Positions 1 to 9,199 of a stretch of DNA of 34,426 bases are shown one piece after another. The DNA comes from Oligoflexales bacterium. Its GTDB lineage: Bacteria > Bdellovibrionota_B > Oligoflexia > Oligoflexales > Bog-1112. Under the pieces are notes generated by a model. That model saw only the letters and a list, made by a program, of their open reading frames with translations, did not search any database and had not been told where the DNA came from. The position numbers and the translations under genes were made by a program. Location: the NCBI GenBank assembly GCA_045106415.1, contig JBGCEP010000088.1, positions 1 to 34,426 on the forward strand, in the 5' to 3' direction. Numbering within the stretch: position 1 is the first letter of the stretch; every line of letters begins with the position of its first letter.

Positions 1-178
1 TATTTTAGATGAATGAGAGGTGTTTTGATGATTATTCGACATACTTCATGAAAATCGGAAATCTTCGCTAAAACCATGTCAAGGATAAAAAGCATAACGA
101 CTTAAATTAATTTCATATTAGGAAGTGGCTGAGTAGATACATAGTTTGTTCATTAGAATTTTTCATAAAAATCTCTTT

Positions 179-2467
179 TTAGTTTTTAACCCAACGCTCT
201 AAAGTCGTTTGAAGCATACGCTTCGAAATTGGCTTCGTAAGATAATCATCCATACCAAAAGACAAACATTTTTCTTTTTCGCCTTCCATTGCTCGAGCTG
301 TAAGAGCAATAATAACAGCCTCACTAATCTTATTCTCTCGAATATAACGAGAAGCTTCATAACCATCCATAACAGGCATCTGACAATCCATAAAGATCAT
401 GTCATACCTTTTTGACTGGACACATTCCACTGCTTCACCACCATGATTTGAAAGATCAGCAGAAACCCCTAATTTTTGAAGAAATCCAAGTATAATTTCT
501 TGATTCACCAAATTATCATCAACAACTAGCACGCTTAAATTCTCATATGTCTTATCGTCATAGACCTCCTGCTTCAATGTTTCATTTACTTTTTCTACAG
601 GAATCACAAAACTAAATTCACTACCTTGGTTTATCTCACTTAAAACTTCTAATTTACCGCCAAGTAATCTCACTAACTTTTCACTAATCGCAAGCCCTAG
701 GCCTGTCCCCCCATATTCTCGCGTTGTTGAGTGATCAGCTTGCGAAAAACTCTTAAAAACAAGGTCTTTTTTATTATCAGGAATTCCAATACCTGAATCA
801 CACACTGTAAAACATAGAGAGAGATGTGGTTCTTCTTGAACCTCCACTGTCATTTTCACAAAACCTTTATGAGTAAATTTAATCGCATTACTCAATAAGT
901 TTGATAAAACCTGACGAATACGATTTGAATCTGCTACTAACCAAGTCGGAATTTTTCTATCTAATTCACACTCTAACAATAAATTCTTTCGTTCTGATTC
1001 AGATTTAAAAAGGTCTAGAATAGAGCTAGCAAAATCATGAAAATGAAACTGATGATTTTCTAACACCACTTTATTCGCATTTATTTTCGAATAATCAAGA
1101 ATATCATTTAAGACCGCCATCATTGATTGCCCAGATGATATCATTGTATCGATAAGTTTTTTCTGTTTTGGAGTTAAATTATCATCTTCTCTTAAGAGGC
1201 TCGCAACTCCCAGAACTCCGTTCATAGGAGTTCTGATCTCATGACTCATGTGTGATAAAAAATCACTTTTCGCTCGATTTGCCTTATCTGATTCTTCTTT
1301 TGATTTTTTTAAGAGTTCAGATTGATGAACTTCTTTTGTAATATCCCAGTTCGCGCCTATCATAAGAGATGGTTGATCTTCTTTATTTTTATTCACTTTT
1401 GCAATAGCCCGAATATGCCTAATACTTCCATTCGGATAACAAATTCTAAATTGAGTATCAAATTTCTTCTTCCCTATAATTGCCATTTGAAGCTCTTTTT
1501 CACTTCTCACTAAATCATCAGGATGAATGCCACTTGCCCACGCATCGTAAGCCCCAGAAAATTTATTCTCGTCAACTCCGTATAGTGCGTACATCTGCGA
1601 ATCCCAAATCAACTTATTATCCAAAATATTGAATTCCCAGACACCGATACGAGAAGCTTCTAACGCAATCTCCAGTCTTTTTTTCACCTTATCTAAGCCC
1701 ATTTGATATAGATCAAGATCAGACGCATCCACAACATTTAAAGAAAAGCCAGAAACTTTACCAAATACATCAATTAAAGGCTTTTCTATAGTCAAACCAC
1801 TACAAATCTTTCCGCTTTTTTTTCTATATTCGATAAAATAAGGTCTTGGACACGTATGATAAGTTTCTAATAAATTCTTAAATCGTGACAAAGCTTTAGA
1901 TGTATCCATGTAAAGCCCAACGACTTCTTTTCCTAAGACGTCTTTTTTCTCATACCCCAAAAAATCAGTAAATGCGCGATTAACACGCTTAACATCGCCT
2001 TTCAAATCAATATCAATACAACACATCAAGCTCGAATCATTTTTTCTCCATGCTCTTTTATAAGGCGAACCTTTTTGCTCTAACCACTGAAGAGCAGAAA
2101 TGTTTTTACTAAAGAATGCTATATGATCAGCACCCCAGAGTTTTCGTTTAAAAAAAACAGACTGTTTAAAACGACCAACAATCGCAACTCGAACTCCAAA
2201 AGAAGAAGAAATATTGAGATACTCTTTATAAAAAAAGAACTCTTTTGACTTACGAACATCCAACAATATTGGGATATTAGGATTTTTTTTTAAAAAAGCT
2301 TCACATTTTGCAATATTTTCTAACACATCTTGATACGACGGCACATCCTTAGAGCAAACACTATGAATATATTGGCCTTTATAACAGTCTACAGTCCATT
2401 TCAGCATGCTCAATCCATTATGAGATAAGGTAGGCTTCCTTTTCATCATACATGATGCATAAATCAA
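179..2467 (-). CDS. Cytoplasmic hybrid sensor histidine kinase/response regulator (SpoIIAA/STAS-like N-terminus, two PAS/PAC domains, HisKA, HATPase_c, REC)
   Basis: H-box FLSHMSHEIRTPMNG; N-box QVLSNLLSNAIKFT; G1 DSGIG; G2 GGTGLGL; receiver VDDN...FMDCQMP...KP; PAS signatures VNRAFTDFLGY and IHPDDL; no TM segment. Start uncertain (ATG at 2407 is an alternative). Confidence 0.95.
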   Translation of the reverse strand: MIYASCMMKRKPTLSHNGLSMLKWTVDCYKGQYIHSVCSKDVPSYQDVLENIAKCEAFLKKNPNIPILLDVRKSKEFFFYKEYLNISSSFGVRVAIVGRFKQSVFFKRKLWGADHIAFFSKNISALQWLEQKGSPYKRAWRKNDSSLMCCIDIDLKGDVKRVNRAFTDFLGYEKKDVLGKEVVGLYMDTSKALSRFKNLLETYHTCPRPYFIEYRKKSGKICSGLTIEKPLIDVFGKVSGFSLNVVDASDLDLYQMGLDKVKKRLEIALEASRIGVWEFNILDNKLIWDSQMYALYGVDENKFSGAYDAWASGIHPDDLVRSEKELQMAIIGKKKFDTQFRICYPNGSIRHIRAIAKVNKNKEDQPSLMIGANWDITKEVHQSELLKKSKEESDKANRAKSDFLSHMSHEIRTPMNGVLGVASLLREDDNLTPKQKKLIDTMISSGQSMMAVLNDILDYSKINANKVVLENHQFHFHDFASSILDLFKSESERKNLLLECELDRKIPTWLVADSNRIRQVLSNLLSNAIKFTHKGFVKMTVEVQEEPHLSLCFTVCDSGIGIPDNKKDLVFKSFSQADHSTTREYGGTGLGLAISEKLVRLLGGKLEVLSEINQGSEFSFVIPVEKVNETLKQEVYDDKTYENLSVLVVDDNLVNQEIILGFLQKLGVSADLSNHGGEAVECVQSKRYDMIFMDCQMPVMDGYEASRYIRENKISEAVIIALTARAMEGEKEKCLSFGMDDYLTKPISKRMLQTTLERWVKN

Positions 2468-2579
2468 TCAAAGCAACTCTAAAAAGATGTGTTAGTGTCA
2501 TTAAATCGTGACACACTCACCTCTCATTACGTATATCGCACTAGAATAAAAAGACTTTTATATTTTAAACAAAGATCAC

Positions 2580-2607
2580 TAAAGTTTTAAGCTCATCGTG
2601 CCGATAA
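2580..2607 (+). promoter_or_regulatory. Putative sigma28 (FliA)-type promoter
   Basis: TAAAGTTT (2580-2587), 12 nt, GCCGATAA (2600-2607). Both boxes match the FliA consensus; the spacer is 1 nt longer than the E. coli optimum; it lies 47 nt upstream of ATG 2655. Confidence 0.7.
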
Positions 2608-2654
2608 GGGTGTCATAAGTTCTCTTTCTGTTTGCTGTGTTCTTGGAGTTGTTG

Positions 2655-3038
2655 ATGTTGTTCAAAGAGAAATTAGGTAGCATTATTGTATCTGCAGTTT
2701 TAGGTTTTGGCGCTTTGCCTAGTGCAATTCAGGCCAAACCATCCAGTAAATCTCGCGCTTTAATTGGCTGCACCCCAAAACAAACAATTTGTGCTATCCG
2801 CACAAAAACGGGTCTCATCGGAGATAAAGTCACTTTTCATGTTCCTTCCCACAAAAAGAACAAGAAAGGCGCAGTCGCTAAAGGTGTCATTATCAGCGTA
2901 AAAGGACAAAAAGGAGATATCCAAAAAGCTCTTGTCCGCATCGAGTGGGGTCATGGGGACATTCCACACAAGGCTGTACCAAAGCCTCCCACAAGCCCTG
3001 TTTCTTCATGGAACAGTTCTTTTACACAAAACGATTAA
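2655..3038 (+). CDS. Small basic secreted hypothetical protein
   Basis: GGAG RBS at 2645-2648 before ATG 2655 (ORF track starts at 2637); signal-peptide-like N-terminus ending in AIQA. Confidence 0.7.
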   Translation: MLFKEKLGSIIVSAVLGFGALPSAIQAKPSSKSRALIGCTPKQTICAIRTKTGLIGDKVTFHVPSHKKNKKGAVAKGVIISVKGQKGDIQKALVRIEWGHGDIPHKAVPKPPTSPVSSWNSSFTQND

Positions 3039-3067
3039 TGTTATAACGGTCAGTAAAAATCCCAATT

Positions 3068-3661
3068 TTACTGACCGTTATGTTCTGCACATAAGAAATC
3101 ACAGGTTTTTTTAGCTAGTACTCGAAAATTTTCTTTCCATTGCTGTCGCCCTTCGATACAAACTTCATTACTGACACCCAGAACAACTTTTAACGAGCGG
3201 CATTGAGTGGCGTGCCTCACAAAACTATAGAGTTCTAAATTCTCATAAAATATTTCATCTCTCACACCAGACAAACGTGTTTGAATATCTTCTGATACTT
3301 CACTGCTTTTTGCTATATGCGTGGAACACAAAACATGACCAGAACGTAATGATGAAAACCGCCTCAGTGAATACGTCGGAAGAGCTGGTAAAGGCCAAGA
3401 CAAACCAATTCTTTCACAAAGAGGGAGCCAACTGGTATGAGATGGCGATATCAGATAAGGCTCTTCCCATTTATCCAGCACTCCACATGTTCCCACATAG
3501 ATAACATCTCGATCCTTTGTTTTTTCGAAAATCTCGCGACTTCGACTCTCTGTTTCCAGAGCTCCAATTCCGAACTCATAAACATCAACATCTGGGTTCA
3601 CTTCTAACAAAGGTTGAAGCTCAAACTTCACGGCTGAAACATATAAATGCGATTGAGACAT
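3068..3661 (-). CDS. Nucleoside phosphorylase/nucleosidase-superfamily protein (PNP/UDP/MTAN fold)
   Basis: Motifs FGIGA, YVGTCG, ENLELYS and GVSNEV fall in the order expected for this fold; starts 4 nt after the smpB stop. Confidence 0.6.
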   Translation of the reverse strand: MSQSHLYVSAVKFELQPLLEVNPDVDVYEFGIGALETESRSREIFEKTKDRDVIYVGTCGVLDKWEEPYLISPSHTSWLPLCERIGLSWPLPALPTYSLRRFSSLRSGHVLCSTHIAKSSEVSEDIQTRLSGVRDEIFYENLELYSFVRHATQCRSLKVVLGVSNEVCIEGRQQWKENFRVLAKKTCDFLCAEHNGQ

Positions 3662-3665
3662 TTTT

Positions 3666-4115
3666 CTAGCCTTTCAAAGCTCTTTCCATATCTCTTTGTG
3701 CATCTTTTGCTTTAGAATCTTGACGTTTATCATGAAGTTTTTTACCGCGGCCTATGCCTATTTCAACTTTAATCCAAGGCCCTTTTAAGTAAATCTTTAA
3801 AGGGATAATTGCAGCACCTTTTTGCTCAACCTGAATCTGAAGTTTACGAAGCTCAGTTTTCTTTAATAGCAAACGACGTGGTCTTTGCTCTGCGTGGTTA
3901 AAAATATTTCCATGGCTCCACGGGCTAATATGAACTTGTTGCAACCAAGCACTATCTTCTGTAATTTTGACCCAACCTTCTGTCAAATTAATTTTCCCAC
4001 CACGAATCGACTTCACTTCAGTGCCTTGCAACGAGATTCCCGCTTCGTAGCGCTCTCCAACTTCATATTCATGGAAAGCTTTTCTATTTTTTACCAGAAT
4101 CTTAATACCAGCCAT
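3666..4115 (-). CDS. smpB: SsrA-binding protein SmpB
   Basis: NRKAFHEY, EAGISLQGTEVKSIR, RRLLL, GKKLHDKR. Confidence 0.98.
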   Translation of the reverse strand: MAGIKILVKNRKAFHEYEVGERYEAGISLQGTEVKSIRGGKINLTEGWVKITEDSAWLQQVHISPWSHGNIFNHAEQRPRRLLLKKTELRKLQIQVEQKGAAIIPLKIYLKGPWIKVEIGIGRGKKLHDKRQDSKAKDAQRDMERALKG

Positions 4116-4181
4116 CTCTAAAACCCTTACAACAAGTGCCCCATATCTATCTCATAAATCACCAGAAAATTCGAGATCTAT

Positions 4182-5585
4182 CTACGGCAAAGCTTCTCGA
4201 TTTTTCCAAAAGATCTCTGCTTCATCTAAAATCTCTTGAAATGAACGACCATAAGTGACAACAAGAGAATCCGAGTCTAATCTCGAGTTGTGAGTAATCC
4301 CAGCAAGCATCCTGTGCCAGGCTTCTGTATCTTTCAATTCCAGCCAACGGATAAGAAAAAAGCTCACACTATAAGCTAACTTCGCCTCTGATGCAGACAT
4401 CGTGGTAAAAGAAGCTTCAAGCACTTCAGCTTTTGGGAAATCATCACGAAGTGTATATTGAAAAGGTTCACAACCTGATGAAAAACAAGATGCTCTTTGT
4501 GCAAACCCCTCATCCAACCAAGTTGGAAGCCTTCTGTGGTCACTCATATGTGCAATCAAAGCATGGCTCAACTCATGCCTAAGAACACTTTCAAGGCGTT
4601 GAACATGAGGCTTTGTATGCACAGGAATACGCAATCGCCCATCAAACAAACCATCTACCCACCCAGGGACCCCGGGGACTAAATCATGAAAATCATCACG
4701 TTCATATAGAAAAATCTCAATCGGTGCTTTTGGTTTGCGATAACCCCTTGCGAAGAGGTCTTCAAAAGCCAAATGAATCCAGTTCAAAAGATCAGCACTC
4801 TCAAGCTCTACACGACGGGGCCAAGAGACTCTAAAAAACTCACCCTGTTCATGCCTTTGTTCTCCTACAGCATCTGATCTATGCTGCATTGCTTGAATCT
4901 TAGACTGAAGAGCAGTATCTTGCCTTAATTCATCAGCTTGCCTCAAAGCTTCGAGCGCACCTTGAAAATCTTTAAGTGATTCTAAAACCTCTGCATAAAG
5001 AAGCCATGACACTCTATGATCCGGCTTTTGTGCTAAGTTCCAGTGAAGATGTTCATACGCTTGTTGTATTCTGCCTAATTTTCTAGCACAAAAAGCAAAA
5101 CCATAGCTATTATCTACTGTTTTACGTAAAGAAATGACTTGATTAAATAGCCCAATAGCTTTTTCACAACGACCTAACCTTAAGTGTGACCAAGCTGCAT
5201 GATCAAGTAAAGTGGGAAGTTCGCGTTCAATCCATTTCAGAAGTTTCTGATCATGACTTGTACTCCGTAACAGCAGCGCTGCTTCAAGAGCTTGCACATA
5301 ACCCCCTGAGGCAAAATAAACTTGAACTTTACGCGCAGAGCTTATCCAAGAGGTTTCTTCCGTGCTGTATTTTTCAAGACTTAATGTTTGTGAAACAGAT
5401 TTTCCTGTCACAATTTCATTTAAATCATGGTTTTCATTCTGAATTTCAGGAGCCTGTAAATCAATTTGTTTTGATGAAGGCATAAAGGTTTCAGAAAGGC
5501 CAGAGGTCTCAATTTCTGATCTTTCTGAAACAATCTGTACGTAAATCCCAATCAATACGATGATTGTGAAGACTGTTTTCCACAT
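4182..5585 (-). CDS. Membrane-anchored TPR protein with C-terminal MA-clan zinc metallopeptidase domain
   Basis: N-terminal hydrophobic anchor; TPR-like helices in the middle; HELSH (HExxH) followed by PTWLDEGFA. Confidence 0.8.
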   Translation of the reverse strand: MWKTVFTIIVLIGIYVQIVSERSEIETSGLSETFMPSSKQIDLQAPEIQNENHDLNEIVTGKSVSQTLSLEKYSTEETSWISSARKVQVYFASGGYVQALEAALLLRSTSHDQKLLKWIERELPTLLDHAAWSHLRLGRCEKAIGLFNQVISLRKTVDNSYGFAFCARKLGRIQQAYEHLHWNLAQKPDHRVSWLLYAEVLESLKDFQGALEALRQADELRQDTALQSKIQAMQHRSDAVGEQRHEQGEFFRVSWPRRVELESADLLNWIHLAFEDLFARGYRKPKAPIEIFLYERDDFHDLVPGVPGWVDGLFDGRLRIPVHTKPHVQRLESVLRHELSHALIAHMSDHRRLPTWLDEGFAQRASCFSSGCEPFQYTLRDDFPKAEVLEASFTTMSASEAKLAYSVSFFLIRWLELKDTEAWHRMLAGITHNSRLDSDSLVVTYGRSFQEILDEAEIFWKNREALP

Positions 5586-5600
5586 GGTGAAACACTCGTT

Positions 5601-5852
5601 TTAAGAATTTAAAAGCTCATCTAAACCACCTTGGCGGTGCAATTGCACAACATCCTGATAACCACCCACAAAATGATCTTTAATAAAAACCATAGGGACT
5701 GTTGGCCAACCTCCAGCTTTTTGAGAAGCCTTTGCTCTTAGATCTGGTTTTCCATCAAGAACATGCTCTGTGAAATCTTGCTTCAGATCCTTGAAAAATT
5801 CTTTCATTCCGTGACAATATCCACATGTTGTTAAAGTATAAATTTCAATCAT
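5601..5852 (-). CDS. Glutaredoxin
   Basis: CGYC active site, TVP cis-Pro motif, VGG motif; 83 aa. Confidence 0.93.
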   Translation of the reverse strand: MIEIYTLTTCGYCHGMKEFFKDLKQDFTEHVLDGKPDLRAKASQKAGGWPTVPMVFIKDHFVGGYQDVVQLHRQGGLDELLNS

Positions 5853-5920
5853 AGTTTTTTCCTTTTTCTACAAACCCTAGTTAAAATATCACGCTCACAC
5901 AAAAGCTACCAGGAGAGTTT

Positions 5921-6778
5921 ATGCGAATCAGATCACTAGAAGGAAACCGTCAAAAGCTCGACGGTGGTGCGATGTTTGGTCATGCCCCAAAAGTTTTATG
6001 GGAAAAATGGCTCACCCCAGATGAAAACAACCAAATTGAACTTGCCTGTCGAAGCTTACTTGTTGAAATTCAAGATCGAAAAATATTGCTTGAAGCTGGA
6101 ATTGGTGCGTTTTTTGAACCTCGACTCGCTAAAAGATATGGGGTTCAATCCAAAAACCATGAGCTTTTAAAGTCTCTAAAACGTGTCAACATCGACCCTA
6201 ATGAAATCACAGACATCATCTTATCCCATATGCACTTCGACCATGCTGGCGGACTTTTACCAGCCTATGGCAATGGTGAGGAGTTGGTATTTCCAAACGC
6301 TAGATATTTTATAAGCGAAGAGTCTTGGCGCAGAGCTATGAACCCCCACCCTAGAGACAAAGCCTCTTTTATAGAAGGCCTCACTGACAAAATAAAAAAA
6401 ACACATCGCCTTCATCTCATTAAAAATGAAGGCACCCTTCATGAAGATCTACCAGATTTTTCTTGTTTTTTCAGCGAGGGGCATACACCTGGTCAAATGC
6501 ACACAATGATTCAGGGCCAAGACAAAGCCCTAGTCTTTACAGGAGACTTGATTCCTGGGTCTCCTTGGATTCATGTTCCTATCACAATGGGGTATGACCG
6601 ATTTCCTGAACTTGTCATCGAAGAAAAAGAAAAACTATACCAAACAGCATACCCTAAAAAATGGTGGCTTTTTTTTACTCATGACCCCCAACACACTCAT
6701 TGCCAAGTTTCTAAAAATGAAAAAAATCAGTTCTACGGTGCCAACCTTCAAACAATGATGGATGAAATTAATTTTTAG
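5921..6778 (+). CDS. MBL-fold metallo-hydrolase (YtnP-like)
   Basis: LDGGAMFG, HMHFDHAGG (HxHxDH), GHTPG, GDL, HDP; AGGAG RBS. Confidence 0.93.
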   Translation: MRIRSLEGNRQKLDGGAMFGHAPKVLWEKWLTPDENNQIELACRSLLVEIQDRKILLEAGIGAFFEPRLAKRYGVQSKNHELLKSLKRVNIDPNEITDIILSHMHFDHAGGLLPAYGNGEELVFPNARYFISEESWRRAMNPHPRDKASFIEGLTDKIKKTHRLHLIKNEGTLHEDLPDFSCFFSEGHTPGQMHTMIQGQDKALVFTGDLIPGSPWIHVPITMGYDRFPELVIEEKEKLYQTAYPKKWWLFFTHDPQHTHCQVSKNEKNQFYGANLQTMMDEINF

Positions 6779-6843
6779 TCGACACGGTATTGCAGAAATC
6801 AAACCATAAAGTTACCTTTAGAAAAACATAAGAAGAGGGCATT

Positions 6844-7659
6844 ATGAATATAAAAATAAAATTAATTTTTACTTTTTATCTTTCTTTTTTTTCAACTTTT
6901 ATTTTTTCAGAATCTGAACAGTGCACACTAAAATACCCTACAGTGTGGAAGGTTCAAAACTCAACAGCACAAACACAATACCTTCACTGCCGTGTTTATT
7001 ATGGCGGATGGAGCTATCAATCTTCAAGAGAAATTCACATCAAAATTTCACCAGATAGCCAAATAGAACATCACTTTCCTGACCATAATGATTCATTAGG
7101 AATGGTTCAACGCAACTGGAGTTGCGCATATAGCCATATTCCAAATGCATTAAATCATGAAACTTCAGCAACTTTTAAATTTAAAGGCTGCCCAGACTCA
7201 ACAATGACTCTGTCTCTCGATTCTTCTGTTATTGCTGCAAACAAAGATCAGACACTATATCAAGCTCTCAATAATTCCGACACAGCACCTCTTTACTGCC
7301 CAAACATTCAAAGTATCCAACGAGATTACAAATGCACTTCATCATTGTGCACATGGGATCAATACTCGTTTGAGTCATGGTCAGGTACTACGGAGCCACT
7401 GTCAAAAGAAGAACTGATGGAATATAAGTTTGTCGGTGTTGATGCTCATCAAGAAACATCACAAATACAAGGCTGCATTTACGAATCAAGATCCGGAAAA
7501 TCAAATCTTATCCTTACTTCTCATCAAAATCCGATACCAGGCCGGTATCCTAAGCTAAATTACAAGGCCTATCAAGATAGAGATTTTTCAAGACAGGCTG
7601 GACACTTGAAACAATGTCTCTCAGAAGATCGTTTTCAATGCCCACTGCAACATTTATGA
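6844..7659 (+). CDS. Secreted Cys-rich hypothetical protein; C-terminal half resembles DUF3757-type domains
   Basis: Signal-peptide-like N-terminus; GAGG RBS; C-terminal pattern CP..I...Y...W.G...F.G...C.Y...C...CP. The domain name is from recall only. Confidence 0.65.
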   Translation: MNIKIKLIFTFYLSFFSTFIFSESEQCTLKYPTVWKVQNSTAQTQYLHCRVYYGGWSYQSSREIHIKISPDSQIEHHFPDHNDSLGMVQRNWSCAYSHIPNALNHETSATFKFKGCPDSTMTLSLDSSVIAANKDQTLYQALNNSDTAPLYCPNIQSIQRDYKCTSSLCTWDQYSFESWSGTTEPLSKEELMEYKFVGVDAHQETSQIQGCIYESRSGKSNLILTSHQNPIPGRYPKLNYKAYQDRDFSRQAGHLKQCLSEDRFQCPLQHL

Positions 7660-8484
7660 ATGATCCCGCAGTTGATCATAGACGCTTAGTTTATCTTCAG
7701 GAATATCTTTAAAAGTGGAGCTCATAGAGCACCACTTATAAGCATGAAATACTTTCCCTTGCTCGCTTGAGTTTAACCTCAAATGATCTAATGAAAGCAT
7801 AGAAAAGCTATCCTGTAATTTGTCAAGTTGTTCAAACACCTGGTAAACAGAAGATGGAGTAACTTGAAAACGAATCGCTCTTAAAAAAACATTTAAAGGC
7901 CGCGCAGCACTTGTAAGAAGTTTCAAAGCTTCATATTCACCGACACCATCACCGACCGAGACTATTTTTTGATACGAAGGTTTCATTTGTCCTATACCAA
8001 AAATTGCCTTAAAGTGATGGTTCTTACCATAGTTCAAAAAACAACTAGTATCATCTCGTGTTTTCAACCTACCTGCTTGATCTAGCCTGAGTAAAAATTG
8101 AAATGTTTGAGGCAAAGAAAATGCGCTCATCATAATCCATCTTTTATTCGCAGCAGTCACAACCCAAACATCGTGTGTTTCAGCAGACGCAGAAAGAACA
8201 GCGTAAACTTTTTCATCAAATGCTGTAATCTCTTGATTATCACAGAACCCACAAAATGCCTCTCCAAGGTTTCCTGTACTCTGTTGATGTGGGCGCTTGC
8301 GATTCATAAGAGGTGATGTTGGAAATAAAGTATTATCCCAATCAAATATAACAGCCTGTTTGACCTCAACCTCCAGGATCTCGCTTTTAGCCTCTGGTTC
8401 TAGTGGTTGAGAAAAAGACAAATCCTGAACAAACAGACTCAGCACAATTAAAAATTTATAATATATTTTTTTTCTGGTCATCAA
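7654..8484 (-). CDS. Signal-peptide-bearing HAD-superfamily hydrolase
   Basis: Motif I IFDWDNTLFPT, motif II VVTAA, Lys in YGKNHH, motif IV SVGDGVGE; GGGAGG RBS (TTG 8484 or ATG 8481). Confidence 0.8.
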   Translation of the reverse strand: MMTRKKIYYKFLIVLSLFVQDLSFSQPLEPEAKSEILEVEVKQAVIFDWDNTLFPTSPLMNRKRPHQQSTGNLGEAFCGFCDNQEITAFDEKVYAVLSASAETHDVWVVTAANKRWIMMSAFSLPQTFQFLLRLDQAGRLKTRDDTSCFLNYGKNHHFKAIFGIGQMKPSYQKIVSVGDGVGEYEALKLLTSAARPLNVFLRAIRFQVTPSSVYQVFEQLDKLQDSFSMLSLDHLRLNSSEQGKVFHAYKWCSMSSTFKDIPEDKLSVYDQLRDHS

Positions 8485-8525
8485 TACGCCTCCCTAAAGT
8501 CAACCCAAGAGGCCTTGTTGTACAC

Positions 8526-8563
8526 GCTCATAAAAAAATGTCACGGCATTTTTTTTAATGAGC
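8526..8563 (-). terminator. AT-rich inverted repeat, possible intrinsic terminator downstream of the resolvase-like gene
   Basis: GCTCATAAAAAAATGTC-AC-GGCATTTTTTTTAATGAGC, an imperfect hairpin with A/T tracts. Confidence 0.45.
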
Positions 8564-8629
8564 TCGGATTGATCTCAACTTTAAAGGGGCCAATTAAAAA
8601 CATAGCTCTAAACACCTTAAGCTAACAGA

Positions 8630-9199
8630 CTATAAAGATTCACTTTTAATAAGGCTTTGTACAGACCCGTAAGACATACCCACTTCACTAGCAATAAATC
8701 TCAAGGATTTACCTTGTTGTCTCAAATCAAGAACCTGCCGATATAATTCATCACCACATGTTCTTTTGCGCTGATTTGCGTGGTGGTGTTTTAATTTCTC
8801 TAAGTTTTTTTTTCGAATAGATGTATAGCTATCTTCTACCGTATTCAGAACAGCACACAAAGAAGCTATTGATTTACCTTCAGCGCTCTTCCACTGTATG
8901 TCACAGTGAGCGTCCATAATAATCAAACGAATATCATTTCTTTCAAGGTGCTGTAAAACATCAAGAGCATGAGCAAGAGTTCTCACCAGAGTATGCAAAT
9001 CATGAACAATAAGAATATCTATTTGATTAAAATTCTTACGCAATTCTTGAAACTTCTTTCGTGAACCCAAGCTCTCTTCATACCAACACTCTACTTTAGG
9101 AAGATCTTTTTCAACAAGCCAAGACAGCAGCTCACCCTTCAACTTTTTTCTTTCTACAATACTGCCTTGAATATATCCAGCTATAGTCTGACTTTGCAT
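8630..9199 (-). CDS. Degenerate serine recombinase (resolvase/invertase-like) with C-terminal HTH
   Basis: Colinear with the resolvase template: GYIQGS (cf. GYARVS), DILIVHDLHTLVR (cf. D.LVV..LDRL.R), SAEGK (cf. TP.GR), HTH GKSLRFIASEVGMSYGSV. Confidence 0.75.
   Translation of the reverse strand: MQSQTIAGYIQGSIVERKKLKGELLSWLVEKDLPKVECWYEESLGSRKKFQELRKNFNQIDILIVHDLHTLVRTLAHALDVLQHLERNDIRLIIMDAHCDIQWKSAEGKSIASLCAVLNTVEDSYTSIRKKNLEKLKHHHANQRKRTCGDELYRQVLDLRQQGKSLRFIASEVGMSYGSVQSLIKSESL

Noticed and set aside
3666..4181. tmRNA gene or prophage attachment site near smpB
   Set aside because: The flanking gaps are only 4 and 66 nt, and no ssrA-like or tRNA-like sequence is visible.
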